IMG/VR virus record: IMGVR_UViG_2703719088_000001
Coordinates: 1 to 64,000 of that record
Origin: a virus
Taxonomy: Duplodnaviria > Caudoviricetes
Strand: one strand, 5' to 3'
DNA length: 64,000 bases
Made by a program: the position numbers and the translations under genes. Of this stretch, positions 10,684-20,150 are shown in pieces (the first letter of the stretch is position 1; each line of letters starts with the position of its first letter). The notes under the pieces were generated by a model. The model was not told the origin of the DNA, made no database searches, and saw only the letters and a program-made list of their open reading frames with translations.

Positions 10684-10718
10684 GAGGGCTATCCGGGAGG
10701 ATCGCCCTCATCGTTTTT
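10684..10718 (+). terminator. Intrinsic terminator, possibly bidirectional
   Basis: GAGGGCTATCC-GGGA-GGATCGCCCTC stem followed by ATCGTTTTT. Confidence 0.65.
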
Positions 10719-10723
10719 ATGAT

Positions 10724-12002
10724 TTGCGAGCGGGAAAACCCACTAATTCAATAGTGGGATGAAAGCGAGTTAAACAAGATTTGGATTTCTCAAAAAGTTT
10801 TCATATACTTGCATTGGAAAATCAGTACTAATGCTGAGATCTATCAAATATGAACTAAATCCTACCAAGACCCAGAAGGAGCAGATAAAGCGGACTTGTG
10901 GGTGTTGCAGGCTGGTGTATAACACTATGCTTTGACAGGAAGATTAGTGCATATAAGAAAGATAAGACATCGCTTTCAGCCGTTGAGTTGATCAACCAAC
11001 TTCCGCAACTGAAATCCGAACTCAACTTTTTGAAGGATGCGCCAAGCCAATCCCTGCAACAGGCAATCAGGAATCTTGATAGTGCCTATACCAATTTCTT
11101 CCGCAAGGGTGGCAGTGGATTTCCTAAGTTCAAAAAGAAAGGAGTGAGGGATAGTTTCAGAATACCTATTGCTTGTGTCTTTGATTATGACAATTGGACG
11201 GTAAAGGTGGCAAAGTTGGGAACTATTAGGATTTTCAAGGGGCATAATAAGCCCATAAGTGGAAAAATCAAGTCCTACACCATAAGCCATACTTCTACTG
11301 ATAGGTATTTCATATCGGTTCTGTATGAGACTGCGGGTACGGCAAAATTGGATAATGGAAAGTCTATCGGTATTGACATCGGCATAAAGTACTTTGCAAT
11401 ATTGAGTGACGGAAAGGTGTTTGAAAACCAAAAATACCTCAAGCGCAATCTCGGGAAACTGAGGGTATTACAAAGAACTGTCAGCAGAAGATACCAACGA
11501 GGCAAGAAAAGAGAAGAGCAGTCAAACAATTGGAAGAAAGCTGTAAAGCAGGTTGCAAAACTACAAGAGCATATTGCCTTCCAAAGATATGATTACTTGC
11601 ACAAAGTCAGTACATGGATAGCAGACAACTATTCCACAGTCTGCGTTGAGACTTTGAATGTAAAAGGTATGCAAAAAAACCATCACCTTGCACAATCAAT
11701 TTCTGACTGTGGATGGAGTATGTTTATCAGTATGCTCGAATACAAGTGCGATAACCTTGTTAAGATAGACAAGTGGTTTGCGAGTAGCCAAACCTGTTTT
11801 GAGTGCGGGCATAAGGAAGAGAAAGTCAAAAACCTTGCTGTAAGGGAATGGACTTGCCCTGCCTGCGGAGCACAACACAACAGGGATTTGAATGCTGCGA
11901 GAAATATAGAGAGGGAGGGACTATCCCTTTGTGGACTTAAGGTAGCAGATTGCTGCAAGCCTGTCCCAAGAACCCCACAGTTTTAACTGTGGGAGTAGTC
12001 AG
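10724..12002 (+). mobile_element. tnpB-only IS200/IS605-family element (IS1341-like), about 1.28 kb
   Basis: Left-end hairpin CCCACTA-ATTCAA-TAGTGGG at about 10738-10757 after the putative target motif ATGAT. Right-end hairpin CCCACAGT-TTTA-ACTGTGGG followed by AGTAGTCAG. tnpB inside; no tnpA. Confidence 0.85.
10831..11986 (+). pseudogene. tnpB: TnpB RNA-guided endonuclease with a +1 frameshift near the N-terminus
   Basis: RuvC-I IGIDIGIK, RuvC-II VCVETLNVKGM, zinc finger CFECG...CPACG and RuvC-III RDLNAARNI are present. The N-terminal MLRSIKYELNPTKTQ...CRLVYNTML (10831) is in a different frame from DRKISAYK because of one extra T at 10931-10933. Confidence 0.85.
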
Positions 12003-12022
12003 CGAACCGTCACAGCATCAAT
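11800..12022 (+). ncRNA. Predicted omega RNA (right end plus flanking guide)
   Basis: Inferred from established TnpB biology: the omega RNA derives from the element right end, with the guide taken from the adjacent flank. The 5' boundary cannot be determined by eye. Confidence 0.4.
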
Positions 12023-15000
12023 ACCTAATGCGAAGTTGTCGACACGTGTACGTATGGATGACAGTTGCTCATACATAGCACCTTCTCCTTTCTGTATCAT
12101 CTGTGCAATCAATGCCACATTGGAATCTAATCTCTCAATGACAGTCACCTGATGGGCAAACGACTCAATATACTCAGGCCACGACTCTGCAATGAAATGC
12201 TCAATGTGCAGACGCTCTATGGCGACATCCTGCCGCAGGGTGTTCAGATACCCGGCAAGAAGGTCTGATGTCTCCTCGCTCGTGCCTTGAATGGTGTTGC
12301 TAAGGGTGTTAGTATCGTTGCTGCCAAGACCATTAGCCCAGCCATGCTGTTTCAGGAAGTCATCAATTCCTACATACACCTCTTGAGCAGCGGTGACCAT
12401 GTTGCTCATCGATCCTCCAGGCTTCATATATTCTCCCATGTAGTTCACAATCTTCATAGCAGCACCATTTGGATCATTTTTCAAATCTTCATAGCTTATG
12501 ATACCACCATGACGATTCCCATCACTACCTACCTTGCCAAACAAGTTGTATTGGAGTTCCCTCATCATCGGTTCGACGATACCAATCTTGATAATCTCGC
12601 TCACAACACTCTGCATGATGCTCTTCACCGTGTCATTGAATGCTTTCATCGCGTCTTCACCGTTTTCTAAGGCTGTCATGAGTGCATCATTAATCTGATC
12701 AGCCCAACCCTTGATGTCGATACCCCACAAGTCTCTGGCGATGTCTTCTGTGAAGTTCGCAATCTGGTCATCGAGTTCGGCAATCTTTTCCGTGTACTCA
12801 TCCAAGGCGTCCTGAGAAGAATTCTTCTTATCTGCCTCTTCGTCGTACATGGCGATATACTCTTTACGCTGCTCGATAAGGTTTTTGTACTGCTGCGAGT
12901 AGCCGTTGCCACCAGAGTTGTTCTTGTAGTACTCCTGCATGGCTTTCATGGCGGCACTTTTGCTCGTTTCGTTGTACATCACAGCCATGGCGCGACGTGT
13001 GTCACCCATATCATAGCCGAGCGTGCGCTCACGAGCACGGAGTATGGCATCAGTATTCATCTGCAGCGCATTCACATTATCTTGTAATGTGTCTATCAGA
13101 CGCTGGTTGTGCTCGTCGTGAAGCTTTGCTGCTGCGGTGATACCTCCGATGACAGCACCTGCAGCCATACCCCAGGGACCAAATGCGCTCAACGACTGAG
13201 CACCGCCGGTGATACCGCTAAGAAGCGAACCGGCATCGTGGAGACCGTTAGCCTCGCCTTCCATGCCAAGTGCTTCAAACATATCACCAAGAAGATTGGC
13301 GGCGGAGGCTATGTCATTGAAAGCCTTGGAAACGTTGTCTGCGGCATTCTGTAGATTTTCTAATTTTTCTGCCGCTTTGTCTGCCTCTTTAGCCTCGTCT
13401 ATCTTACCTTCTCCCCTAAGAGCCGCAGCACGTTCTCTGTAATACGAAACAAGCCCCTGCGAACCACCTGTAAGGAACGCTCCAACACCGCCACCAACAC
13501 CAAGGAACGAGTTCTTGTTAAACTCGCTCAGGATGTTGTTCAGCTTATCCATGCCATCCGAGAACTCTTTCAGTCCTATCTGTCTGGAATATAACTTATT
13601 CAGGAGATTTTCGCTTTCCCTGTCATACAACCTCTCAATCTCGGCAGCGGCAAGACCCTGTGCGTTATTGTACAGATTGTAATAGCCGGATGATGCCTCC
13701 CAGTTCTTCGACTGCAGCACTCTCCCAGCGGCGACACGTCTGTCAAAAGCCTGTTCTGGTGTTATATTCCCTGAGGAAAGAAGTCGGCTGGTCTCTTCCA
13801 TGGCTTTGTTGTACTCGTTCTCATTCTTCGTCATGACAGTTGCTATGTCAGACAGAGAACCGAGCCATTTGGCATAGTTCTGAATGTCACTCTTGATAAT
13901 GTCATCCTGCGCCTTCTTCCACGATTTCAGACCTTTCTGTATACCCTCGATCTTCGTTTCTGCCACGCCAAGGGTCTCGACATATTCATCTATCTCCTTG
14001 TCGCTCATACCGGCAACACTTTTGAAGTCGATAGCACGGCCTTCAGCCATCTCGCTAACAGCGGCACGACGGAGATCTGCCACCGTAGCACCATACTCGA
14101 TACCGGACAGGCGACGGGCAAGACCTTCGTCACCGGTATTCTCACGAACGGAGTTATAGATGTCAAACGCTCTGTCAAGATCTGACAGTACACGTTCTAT
14201 GTCGGAGGCAAACTTCTCCGATGCCTTGGTGAAGTTGTCGAACTTATACTCACTCAGTACGGCGACAGCCTGCCTATAGACACGAAGGGCTTCCTGTCCG
14301 TAATTATCCTTATCGCTGTTTCTCTGTTTCTTATACAAAGCCTCTGCCTGGTCTCGTATCTGCTCGATATATGTGATGTAACTCTTCACATCCTTGGCAT
14401 CGAAAGCAAACGGCATATCCTTGTCGTTGCGCCATTCCTCGAAGATGTCATGGTACTTGGCACTAACCTCGTCGATAGCCCTTCCGTCACCAACCTTCTT
14501 CTCCCACTTGTCATACCAGTCGTATGCTTCTTTCATGATACGGATGCGCTCATCCCAGCGGTCTGTCTTAGAGCGACTCCCCCTACCGTTATTGCCAGAG
14601 CCTTTCGGGTCATAGGAATAGCCATATTTCAAAGCCGTTTCTTGAAGGATGATAGATTGTTCAAGGGACTTCAAGACGGAGTTCAATGTCTCGCGTTTAT
14701 ATTCATCTGTCGTTTCAGACAATTCGGACAAGATAGCGTCGCGGAGGGATTTCTCCTGTGTGAGATTAGATGTCTGGATGCGGAAATCAGGCTCTATCTC
14801 TATTCCCCATTCCTTACGGAGGTTCGGGAAAGAATCTTCGACAATCTTGGCCAGTTCGTCATGCTTCTTTTTCATGTCTTCACCGAAGAACTGCGACAAA
14901 CTTTCACCTTCCCTGATTTCCTTGGTAAACTTGTTATAGAAAGCCTCTTCATCCCGTAGGCGTTGCTGCCAGAGGCTTCCGAAGTCAGTCATATTGAGGG

Positions 15001-18000
15001 CGGCTTTCTTTACATCTTCTATGGTCTTCTCTGATACAAGATAGAAATCCTTATTTGCATCCAACCATTTCTGATAGATTTCCTCTATTATCTCATCAGA
15101 AGCAGAGGCAATCTCTTCACGATTGGCAGTTTTTAGATTTCTGTCATTGAAAGCTTTTGTGAATTCATCTTTGAATTGTGCATTTGCAAGGTACGTGTTC
15201 GCCATATCTTCCCCGATAACTATTCCAAGAAAATCCTTCTGAAGTAATTCTGAATCCTTCAAATTCTTGGTCTCTTCCTTCATTTTGTTATAGAAAGTAT
15301 CAACAAGTTTTATGGCTGCATCCATATCATCTTGATCTATAAGGTTCTTGACGTAAGGTCTCAAGCCTTCTGCCGTTCGTTTGAAATTATCCTTCAACGA
15401 ATCAAGGTGTGATATAATACTCTTAGAGAAAGGTCTGCTTCCAAGATTGCCATATTCATCAGGTGTTACGTTCATAATGTTGTTAAACAATGTCTTGATC
15501 TCTTTTGACCACGAATCATACACAGCCTTCCTGGTCTCGTCATCCATAAACAGAACACGGACGAACACTTGCCTTAGAGCCTCTGTCTTATCGTATGCAA
15601 CATTTTTTTCCACCATGCTTGAAAGTTCACCTCCAAGTTGCTCATCAATAGAATTCATCTGCTCCTCAGACAACTTGTTGATTCCTTTGCTGATTCTCTC
15701 TGTTGCCCTTGCGAAGTCTTTCATATTCTCCTGCAAAGATTCATAACCACCCCAAAATGAACCACCTGCGGATTTGTCGAAGTCACCAGCTATAGCACCT
15801 GATATATCGGCAGCACGGCGATAACTCTCAAGTTTCTTCATGATTTCCTTAAATTGTTCCACTTGAGAATCGGCCTTCATAATATCAATAACATCACCAT
15901 CGTAAAGAGGAGACATAGCCTGCAACTTGATTTTTAAATCCTCAATATCTTGGATCAGCTTCTCTCCTGAAAGATACTCGGTGTTGAAGTCCAGGATATT
16001 CATCTTCACCTCTTGTCCGTTTATATAGGTGCTTTGCGCAGTCCTTACCACACCACGGCTTTCGTACTTATCAATAAGACTTGAAATCTCCTTCTCGTCA
16101 TTCTTAGCAGCATCAGCCATCTCGTCAAGGGCGCGTTTAGTCTCCTTGGCCATATCACGAAAATGGCTCACCAGAGCGGTGATTCCTGTGAAAGCAGCCA
16201 TTATAGCCACCATAGGAATCGAAGATACAATGGCAGCACCGAAAGCACGCAGGCCGGCGCCGGCTGTTGACAGTCGAAGTTTCATAAGCTGGAGCTGCCT
16301 ATTCAATCCCTGTGCACCTGCGGCAGCTTCAACCTCTGCGCCTTTCAATCCTGATGCTGCAGCAGCCACTGCGCGAAGTCTATAAGGAAGGTCTTTGCTG
16401 AGAGACATCATGCGAACCTGTGCGGTTGTCAGACTGCCATCATTGAGACCTTTTGACAGGACATTATTGAATTGAAGGGATGTTGCCCTGTCAACAAACG
16501 AACCCTGTGACTTCCATCCTCCGGTGAATGAATTGATGAAGCTTCTGATGCCACCACGGAACGAGACAGCATTGAATGCTTCCATAGCCTTTGCGCTCTT
16601 ACCAAAGGCCATGACATTCTTTGACATCTGTGTAGCCTGTGCTCCCAGAGCGCCATTCAAGGCAAGGGTGGCAAGACGATACCCTGCAAGAGGAATAAGT
16701 ACTGACTTGATAACACTTGCATACCTGCTCCAATTTTCCATCAGGTTGTTCAACATATTGACAGAACCCATGAGCACACCCTTCGTATCCTCACCCATCT
16801 CTGACATCATGATGTTGTAGTTGTTTCGGAGGTTACGCAACTTACCGCCAAGTGTCTCAAACTGCCGTTCCTGCATATTGTAGAAACGTCCACCTGGCTT
16901 GTCCAAATCCATGATGACGGCATTGACATCCTCAAAGGAAATGTCACGGGTACGCATCATTTTGAAAATATCTTTCCTTGTGACATGCTCTGCGGCACGA
17001 CCTGCACGCTCTTCTGCGTCGGCCAGCTTGTTGTAACGGTCTGTCAGAGCACCAATCATGTCAATACCGGCGGTCTCAAACTGACGGTTCTGGATACCGG
17101 ACAGGTAGCCGTATGAGCGGGTGTGACCATAGGCAAGAATAAGCCGCTGCACATCGACCGACAGACCAGCACCGATGTCAGACAGGGATTTCATCGTCGC
17201 ATACAGGTCTTTTGTCTGGATGCCAAAGGCTGCAAGCTGACGCTCGGACTTCAACAGGTCTTGGAAGGTGTAAGGCGACTGCTGTGACAGGTCGCGGATA
17301 TCACTGAATAACTGCCCAGCCATTTGTGCGTTGCCGATGATGATTTCAATGCTCTTTTGCTGCAGTTCCAGTTCACCGGTAATCTGCGTCATGTTCTTCA
17401 CAAAGCTGGCTGCACCCCATACACCAAGATACTGCATTGCCATCGATTTAAGGTCTTGCAGCATCTGGTTCTGCAGCCATCCGCTTTGTGTGGTCTTCTT
17501 CATCTCTTGTGATAGATGCTTCTCCTGTTGCGTGAGATGCATCGTCGCGTTTGCGTTCTGCTCCTTCTTCTGAGCTATCTCTGCATTAAGACGTGCTTGC
17601 TCGGTGACAGGGTTTGTTCTGGCATCCAAATATCCAGTATCACGAAGAAAAACACCGATTCCTTTTCCGCTGTTGTTTACGATAGCCTCAAGCTGTGAGC
17701 GGTATCTTTCAAGAAGGTTGATTTGTGTGCGTAGGGTAGAGGTGTCTATGCCAAGTGCATTGGCTCTCTTCTCAGTCTTTGTGAGGGATGAAATCTGCCG
17801 GACAATGCTCGCAAACTCCTTGTATGCCTTGGAAACAGACTGGTCGGGCTTCAGAGCCTCATTGATGTCGCTCTTGATTTGTTTTGTCGCTGTCTGAACA
17901 TTTCTCTTCGCGGCAAGGAACGGCTCTTCGAGCATCATAGCCTTGGCACTTCCGGAATTTGTCTGCGCCACGTTCCGAAACTCCTGCTCAAGCTGCTTGA

Positions 18001-19300
18001 GTTGGTTTATCACCGCGTCAATCTGTGTCGTGTCGATACCGAGAGCCTTCCCTTTTCCTGACAACGACTCAAGGTTGGATATGGTGACATAAAGCTTGTT
18101 GGCTTCCGCATCGGCTCGCCTCATATTAGCCTCAGCATCACGTAGTTCCTTCGATAAGTCACCAGTATATGCCTTACCCCATATCATCTCCTTCTGCGTG
18201 CCGATATTACGCAGTGCCTCGCCAGCAAACAACCCCTGCGGGACAAGAGCGTTGGCAGGGGTATAGCCATGATTTGTCTGTATCTCTATCATCAACTGCT
18301 TGATTCTCTCAAGGTGGTTAATGAAGTTGCGTGCCTTCTCGACATCCTGACCAGCTATCTCGCCGGTGGATACTTTTTGCTGTACGTTACGCTGTGCGAC
18401 ACTCAGCCTCTCGTATGCGACGGCGGCTGTGTTGACGCTGATAGCAAGCTTTCTGGCTTCTGATTCCGCCTCTTTCTCTGCACGCCTCTGGTCTCTCTCA
18501 AGTTGCCTCTGCTCCTGTCGTTGTCTTGTATTAAGTTTATTCTGATCAACAATCAGACCCTGTAGTTCCTTATATTCGCTCTGGAATCTTGAATAGATTT
18601 GGTCAAATTGGGTCTTCATGTTCAACGACAGTGCATCATTAGTACTCAGCGAACCCATCTTCTCCTTGAATTCGGAAAGCAATCCCAAGAAGTTTCTGTA
18701 TCGCTCAAGCTTAGAATCATCCACACCGACGCTCAAAGCCCTGTTCATGCGGTTCTCTAAATCTGTATAATACCGCTGTATGTCGTTTACTGCCTTTGCT
18801 CTCTTCAGTTCCGCGTCAGACATCTGCTTGGCTGTCTTCTCAGAAGCCTTTCCGACATCCTCGATACCCTTAACATATGCATCCGTCTGCTGTGGTGTCA
18901 TACCCATCTTGATGCCCTGTGCGGCATTCATCGTTGTCTGAATACTCTGGATGGTAGCCCCCAGACCCGATATGAGGCTCTTTATCTCGCTGCTGGCTGT
19001 GTTGTTCAAATTCTTGAATGCATTGTCAAGACCTTCGACAGCTTCCCTGCACTTGTTGATATTTTCTGAGAACTTGGAGAAGTCATCATCCTTCAACGTC
19101 TTGAACGCTTGATTCAGAGATGTTTTCATCGCATTGACAGCCTTTGCAAAGGTCTCAATCTCTGACATATTGAACCCTTCAAGGTTAAGCTTGATTGTGG
19201 TCGTGTCTTTGATCTTGTCGAAAGCCTTCTGTATCTGCTGAAGCTTATCAAGTGCGTCCCCCTTGATGGAGACCTCATATTTTAACGGATTGAGTGACAT
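11999..19300 (-). CDS. Tail tape measure protein (2433 aa)
   Basis: Very long, helical and Ala/Lys/Glu-rich. Contains a tape-measure domain segment (LFSDIRDLSQQSPYTFQDLL..QLAAFG) and follows the chaperone genes. Confidence 0.9.
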   Translation of the reverse strand: MSLNPLKYEVSIKGDALDKLQQIQKAFDKIKDTTTIKLNLEGFNMSEIETFAKAVNAMKTSLNQAFKTLKDDDFSKFSENINKCREAVEGLDNAFKNLNNTASSEIKSLISGLGATIQSIQTTMNAAQGIKMGMTPQQTDAYVKGIEDVGKASEKTAKQMSDAELKRAKAVNDIQRYYTDLENRMNRALSVGVDDSKLERYRNFLGLLSEFKEKMGSLSTNDALSLNMKTQFDQIYSRFQSEYKELQGLIVDQNKLNTRQRQEQRQLERDQRRAEKEAESEARKLAISVNTAAVAYERLSVAQRNVQQKVSTGEIAGQDVEKARNFINHLERIKQLMIEIQTNHGYTPANALVPQGLFAGEALRNIGTQKEMIWGKAYTGDLSKELRDAEANMRRADAEANKLYVTISNLESLSGKGKALGIDTTQIDAVINQLKQLEQEFRNVAQTNSGSAKAMMLEEPFLAAKRNVQTATKQIKSDINEALKPDQSVSKAYKEFASIVRQISSLTKTEKRANALGIDTSTLRTQINLLERYRSQLEAIVNNSGKGIGVFLRDTGYLDARTNPVTEQARLNAEIAQKKEQNANATMHLTQQEKHLSQEMKKTTQSGWLQNQMLQDLKSMAMQYLGVWGAASFVKNMTQITGELELQQKSIEIIIGNAQMAGQLFSDIRDLSQQSPYTFQDLLKSERQLAAFGIQTKDLYATMKSLSDIGAGLSVDVQRLILAYGHTRSYGYLSGIQNRQFETAGIDMIGALTDRYNKLADAEERAGRAAEHVTRKDIFKMMRTRDISFEDVNAVIMDLDKPGGRFYNMQERQFETLGGKLRNLRNNYNIMMSEMGEDTKGVLMGSVNMLNNLMENWSRYASVIKSVLIPLAGYRLATLALNGALGAQATQMSKNVMAFGKSAKAMEAFNAVSFRGGIRSFINSFTGGWKSQGSFVDRATSLQFNNVLSKGLNDGSLTTAQVRMMSLSKDLPYRLRAVAAAASGLKGAEVEAAAGAQGLNRQLQLMKLRLSTAGAGLRAFGAAIVSSIPMVAIMAAFTGITALVSHFRDMAKETKRALDEMADAAKNDEKEISSLIDKYESRGVVRTAQSTYINGQEVKMNILDFNTEYLSGEKLIQDIEDLKIKLQAMSPLYDGDVIDIMKADSQVEQFKEIMKKLESYRRAADISGAIAGDFDKSAGGSFWGGYESLQENMKDFARATERISKGINKLSEEQMNSIDEQLGGELSSMVEKNVAYDKTEALRQVFVRVLFMDDETRKAVYDSWSKEIKTLFNNIMNVTPDEYGNLGSRPFSKSIISHLDSLKDNFKRTAEGLRPYVKNLIDQDDMDAAIKLVDTFYNKMKEETKNLKDSELLQKDFLGIVIGEDMANTYLANAQFKDEFTKAFNDRNLKTANREEIASASDEIIEEIYQKWLDANKDFYLVSEKTIEDVKKAALNMTDFGSLWQQRLRDEEAFYNKFTKEIREGESLSQFFGEDMKKKHDELAKIVEDSFPNLRKEWGIEIEPDFRIQTSNLTQEKSLRDAILSELSETTDEYKRETLNSVLKSLEQSIILQETALKYGYSYDPKGSGNNGRGSRSKTDRWDERIRIMKEAYDWYDKWEKKVGDGRAIDEVSAKYHDIFEEWRNDKDMPFAFDAKDVKSYITYIEQIRDQAEALYKKQRNSDKDNYGQEALRVYRQAVAVLSEYKFDNFTKASEKFASDIERVLSDLDRAFDIYNSVRENTGDEGLARRLSGIEYGATVADLRRAAVSEMAEGRAIDFKSVAGMSDKEIDEYVETLGVAETKIEGIQKGLKSWKKAQDDIIKSDIQNYAKWLGSLSDIATVMTKNENEYNKAMEETSRLLSSGNITPEQAFDRRVAAGRVLQSKNWEASSGYYNLYNNAQGLAAAEIERLYDRESENLLNKLYSRQIGLKEFSDGMDKLNNILSEFNKNSFLGVGGGVGAFLTGGSQGLVSYYRERAAALRGEGKIDEAKEADKAAEKLENLQNAADNVSKAFNDIASAANLLGDMFEALGMEGEANGLHDAGSLLSGITGGAQSLSAFGPWGMAAGAVIGGITAAAKLHDEHNQRLIDTLQDNVNALQMNTDAILRARERTLGYDMGDTRRAMAVMYNETSKSAAMKAMQEYYKNNSGGNGYSQQYKNLIEQRKEYIAMYDEEADKKNSSQDALDEYTEKIAELDDQIANFTEDIARDLWGIDIKGWADQINDALMTALENGEDAMKAFNDTVKSIMQSVVSEIIKIGIVEPMMRELQYNLFGKVGSDGNRHGGIISYEDLKNDPNGAAMKIVNYMGEYMKPGGSMSNMVTAAQEVYVGIDDFLKQHGWANGLGSNDTNTLSNTIQGTSEETSDLLAGYLNTLRQDVAIERLHIEHFIAESWPEYIESFAHQVTVIERLDSNVALIAQMIQKGEGAMYEQLSSIRTRVDNFALGIDAVTVR

Positions 19301-19307
19301 AGCGGTA

Positions 19308-19598
19308 TTATTTAGGTTGTTTGGGTACTTTCTTTCCTGTTGAGAGGAAGGTGCCGAGGTCTATCTTGATACCTTGCTCCTTTTCTCTCTTCTGTCGTTC
19401 AAGCCATTTCTCGTAGTCCTTGCGGGCTTCGTCTGCCGTCTTTGAGAATCCGGGCTGGCCAGGCTTCGGCTTCTCCGTCGTCCTCTTATAGACCGTAATA
19501 GGCTGGTCTATGTCTATTAGTTCAATCTGTGCTATGGTGTGACCCCAGTACCATTCGTACATCGGTACACGCCACAGGCCGAAGAAGTACCTCGGCAT
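19308..19598 (-). CDS. Tail assembly chaperone, T-like part (probably also made as a -1 frameshift fusion)
   Basis: Lies directly upstream of TMP. Its frame is open back to the A9 slippery run at 19751-19759. Confidence 0.7.
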   Translation of the reverse strand: MPRYFFGLWRVPMYEWYWGHTIAQIELIDIDQPITVYKRTTEKPKPGQPGFSKTADEARKDYEKWLERQKREKEQGIKIDLGTFLSTGKKVPKQPK

Positions 19599-20143
19599 TA
19601 CGAGCCACTGACGCTGCTTGCGGTCTGAGAAGGCTGATCCGTATTTAGTCCTTGAAGGGTAGCTTCTACTTCCTTCACTCTCATCCTCATCAGCGAATCC
19701 TTTGCCTCTGTCAGTGACATGATAGTCTTGTAGAACTGCATTTGCGGTACTTTTTTTTTACCGGTTTCCAAAACCGGATCGAGTTGTATGTTGTCATACT
19801 GCTTGACATAGTAGAACCAACGCCACAGAATCCAGTAACGAAGCTTAATCTTCCAATATCCGTCAAGGATGATAATGGCAGCAGCCTTGCATGCCAACTT
19901 GGAGTCCTCAAGGATGGCATCAAGGACATCATCACCAGTGGTCTTCCCGTTGTCTACCTCCTTCTTGTGAAGCAGCAGGCGGCTCAGTTTCTCCAACTGG
20001 CCGTTCTTCAGCCACCGGATTTTGTATTTCTTCTTCGTGCGTAGAATTGTGACCTCATCTGCATCATTGTTCACCATAGACATATAGAGGTGCTGCACAT
20101 CAATAGGCGGCTGCTCTACGACCGGTTCTTTCTTCTTTGCCAT
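19598..20143 (-). CDS. Tail assembly chaperone, G-like
   Basis: Synteny; contains GGT AAA AAA AAA GTA. Confidence 0.7.
   Translation of the reverse strand: MAKKKEPVVEQPPIDVQHLYMSMVNNDADEVTILRTKKKYKIRWLKNGQLEKLSRLLLHKKEVDNGKTTGDDVLDAILEDSKLACKAAAIIILDGYWKIKLRYWILWRWFYYVKQYDNIQLDPVLETGKKKVPQMQFYKTIMSLTEAKDSLMRMRVKEVEATLQGLNTDQPSQTASSVSGS
19751..19759 (-). promoter_or_regulatory. Programmed -1 frameshift slippery site (A AAA AAA)
   Basis: A9 run in X XXY YYZ register. The -1 frame is open from here into ORF 19308..19598 and is closed by a TGA about 40 nt upstream. Confidence 0.7.
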
Positions 20144-20150
20144 ATATTAC

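Noticed and set aside
10724-12002. IStron (group I intron fused to an IS605 element)
   Set aside because: The right end finishes in TCAG like IStrons, but only about 105 nt separate the left end from tnpB, too little for a group I intron core, and the element is antisense to TMP.
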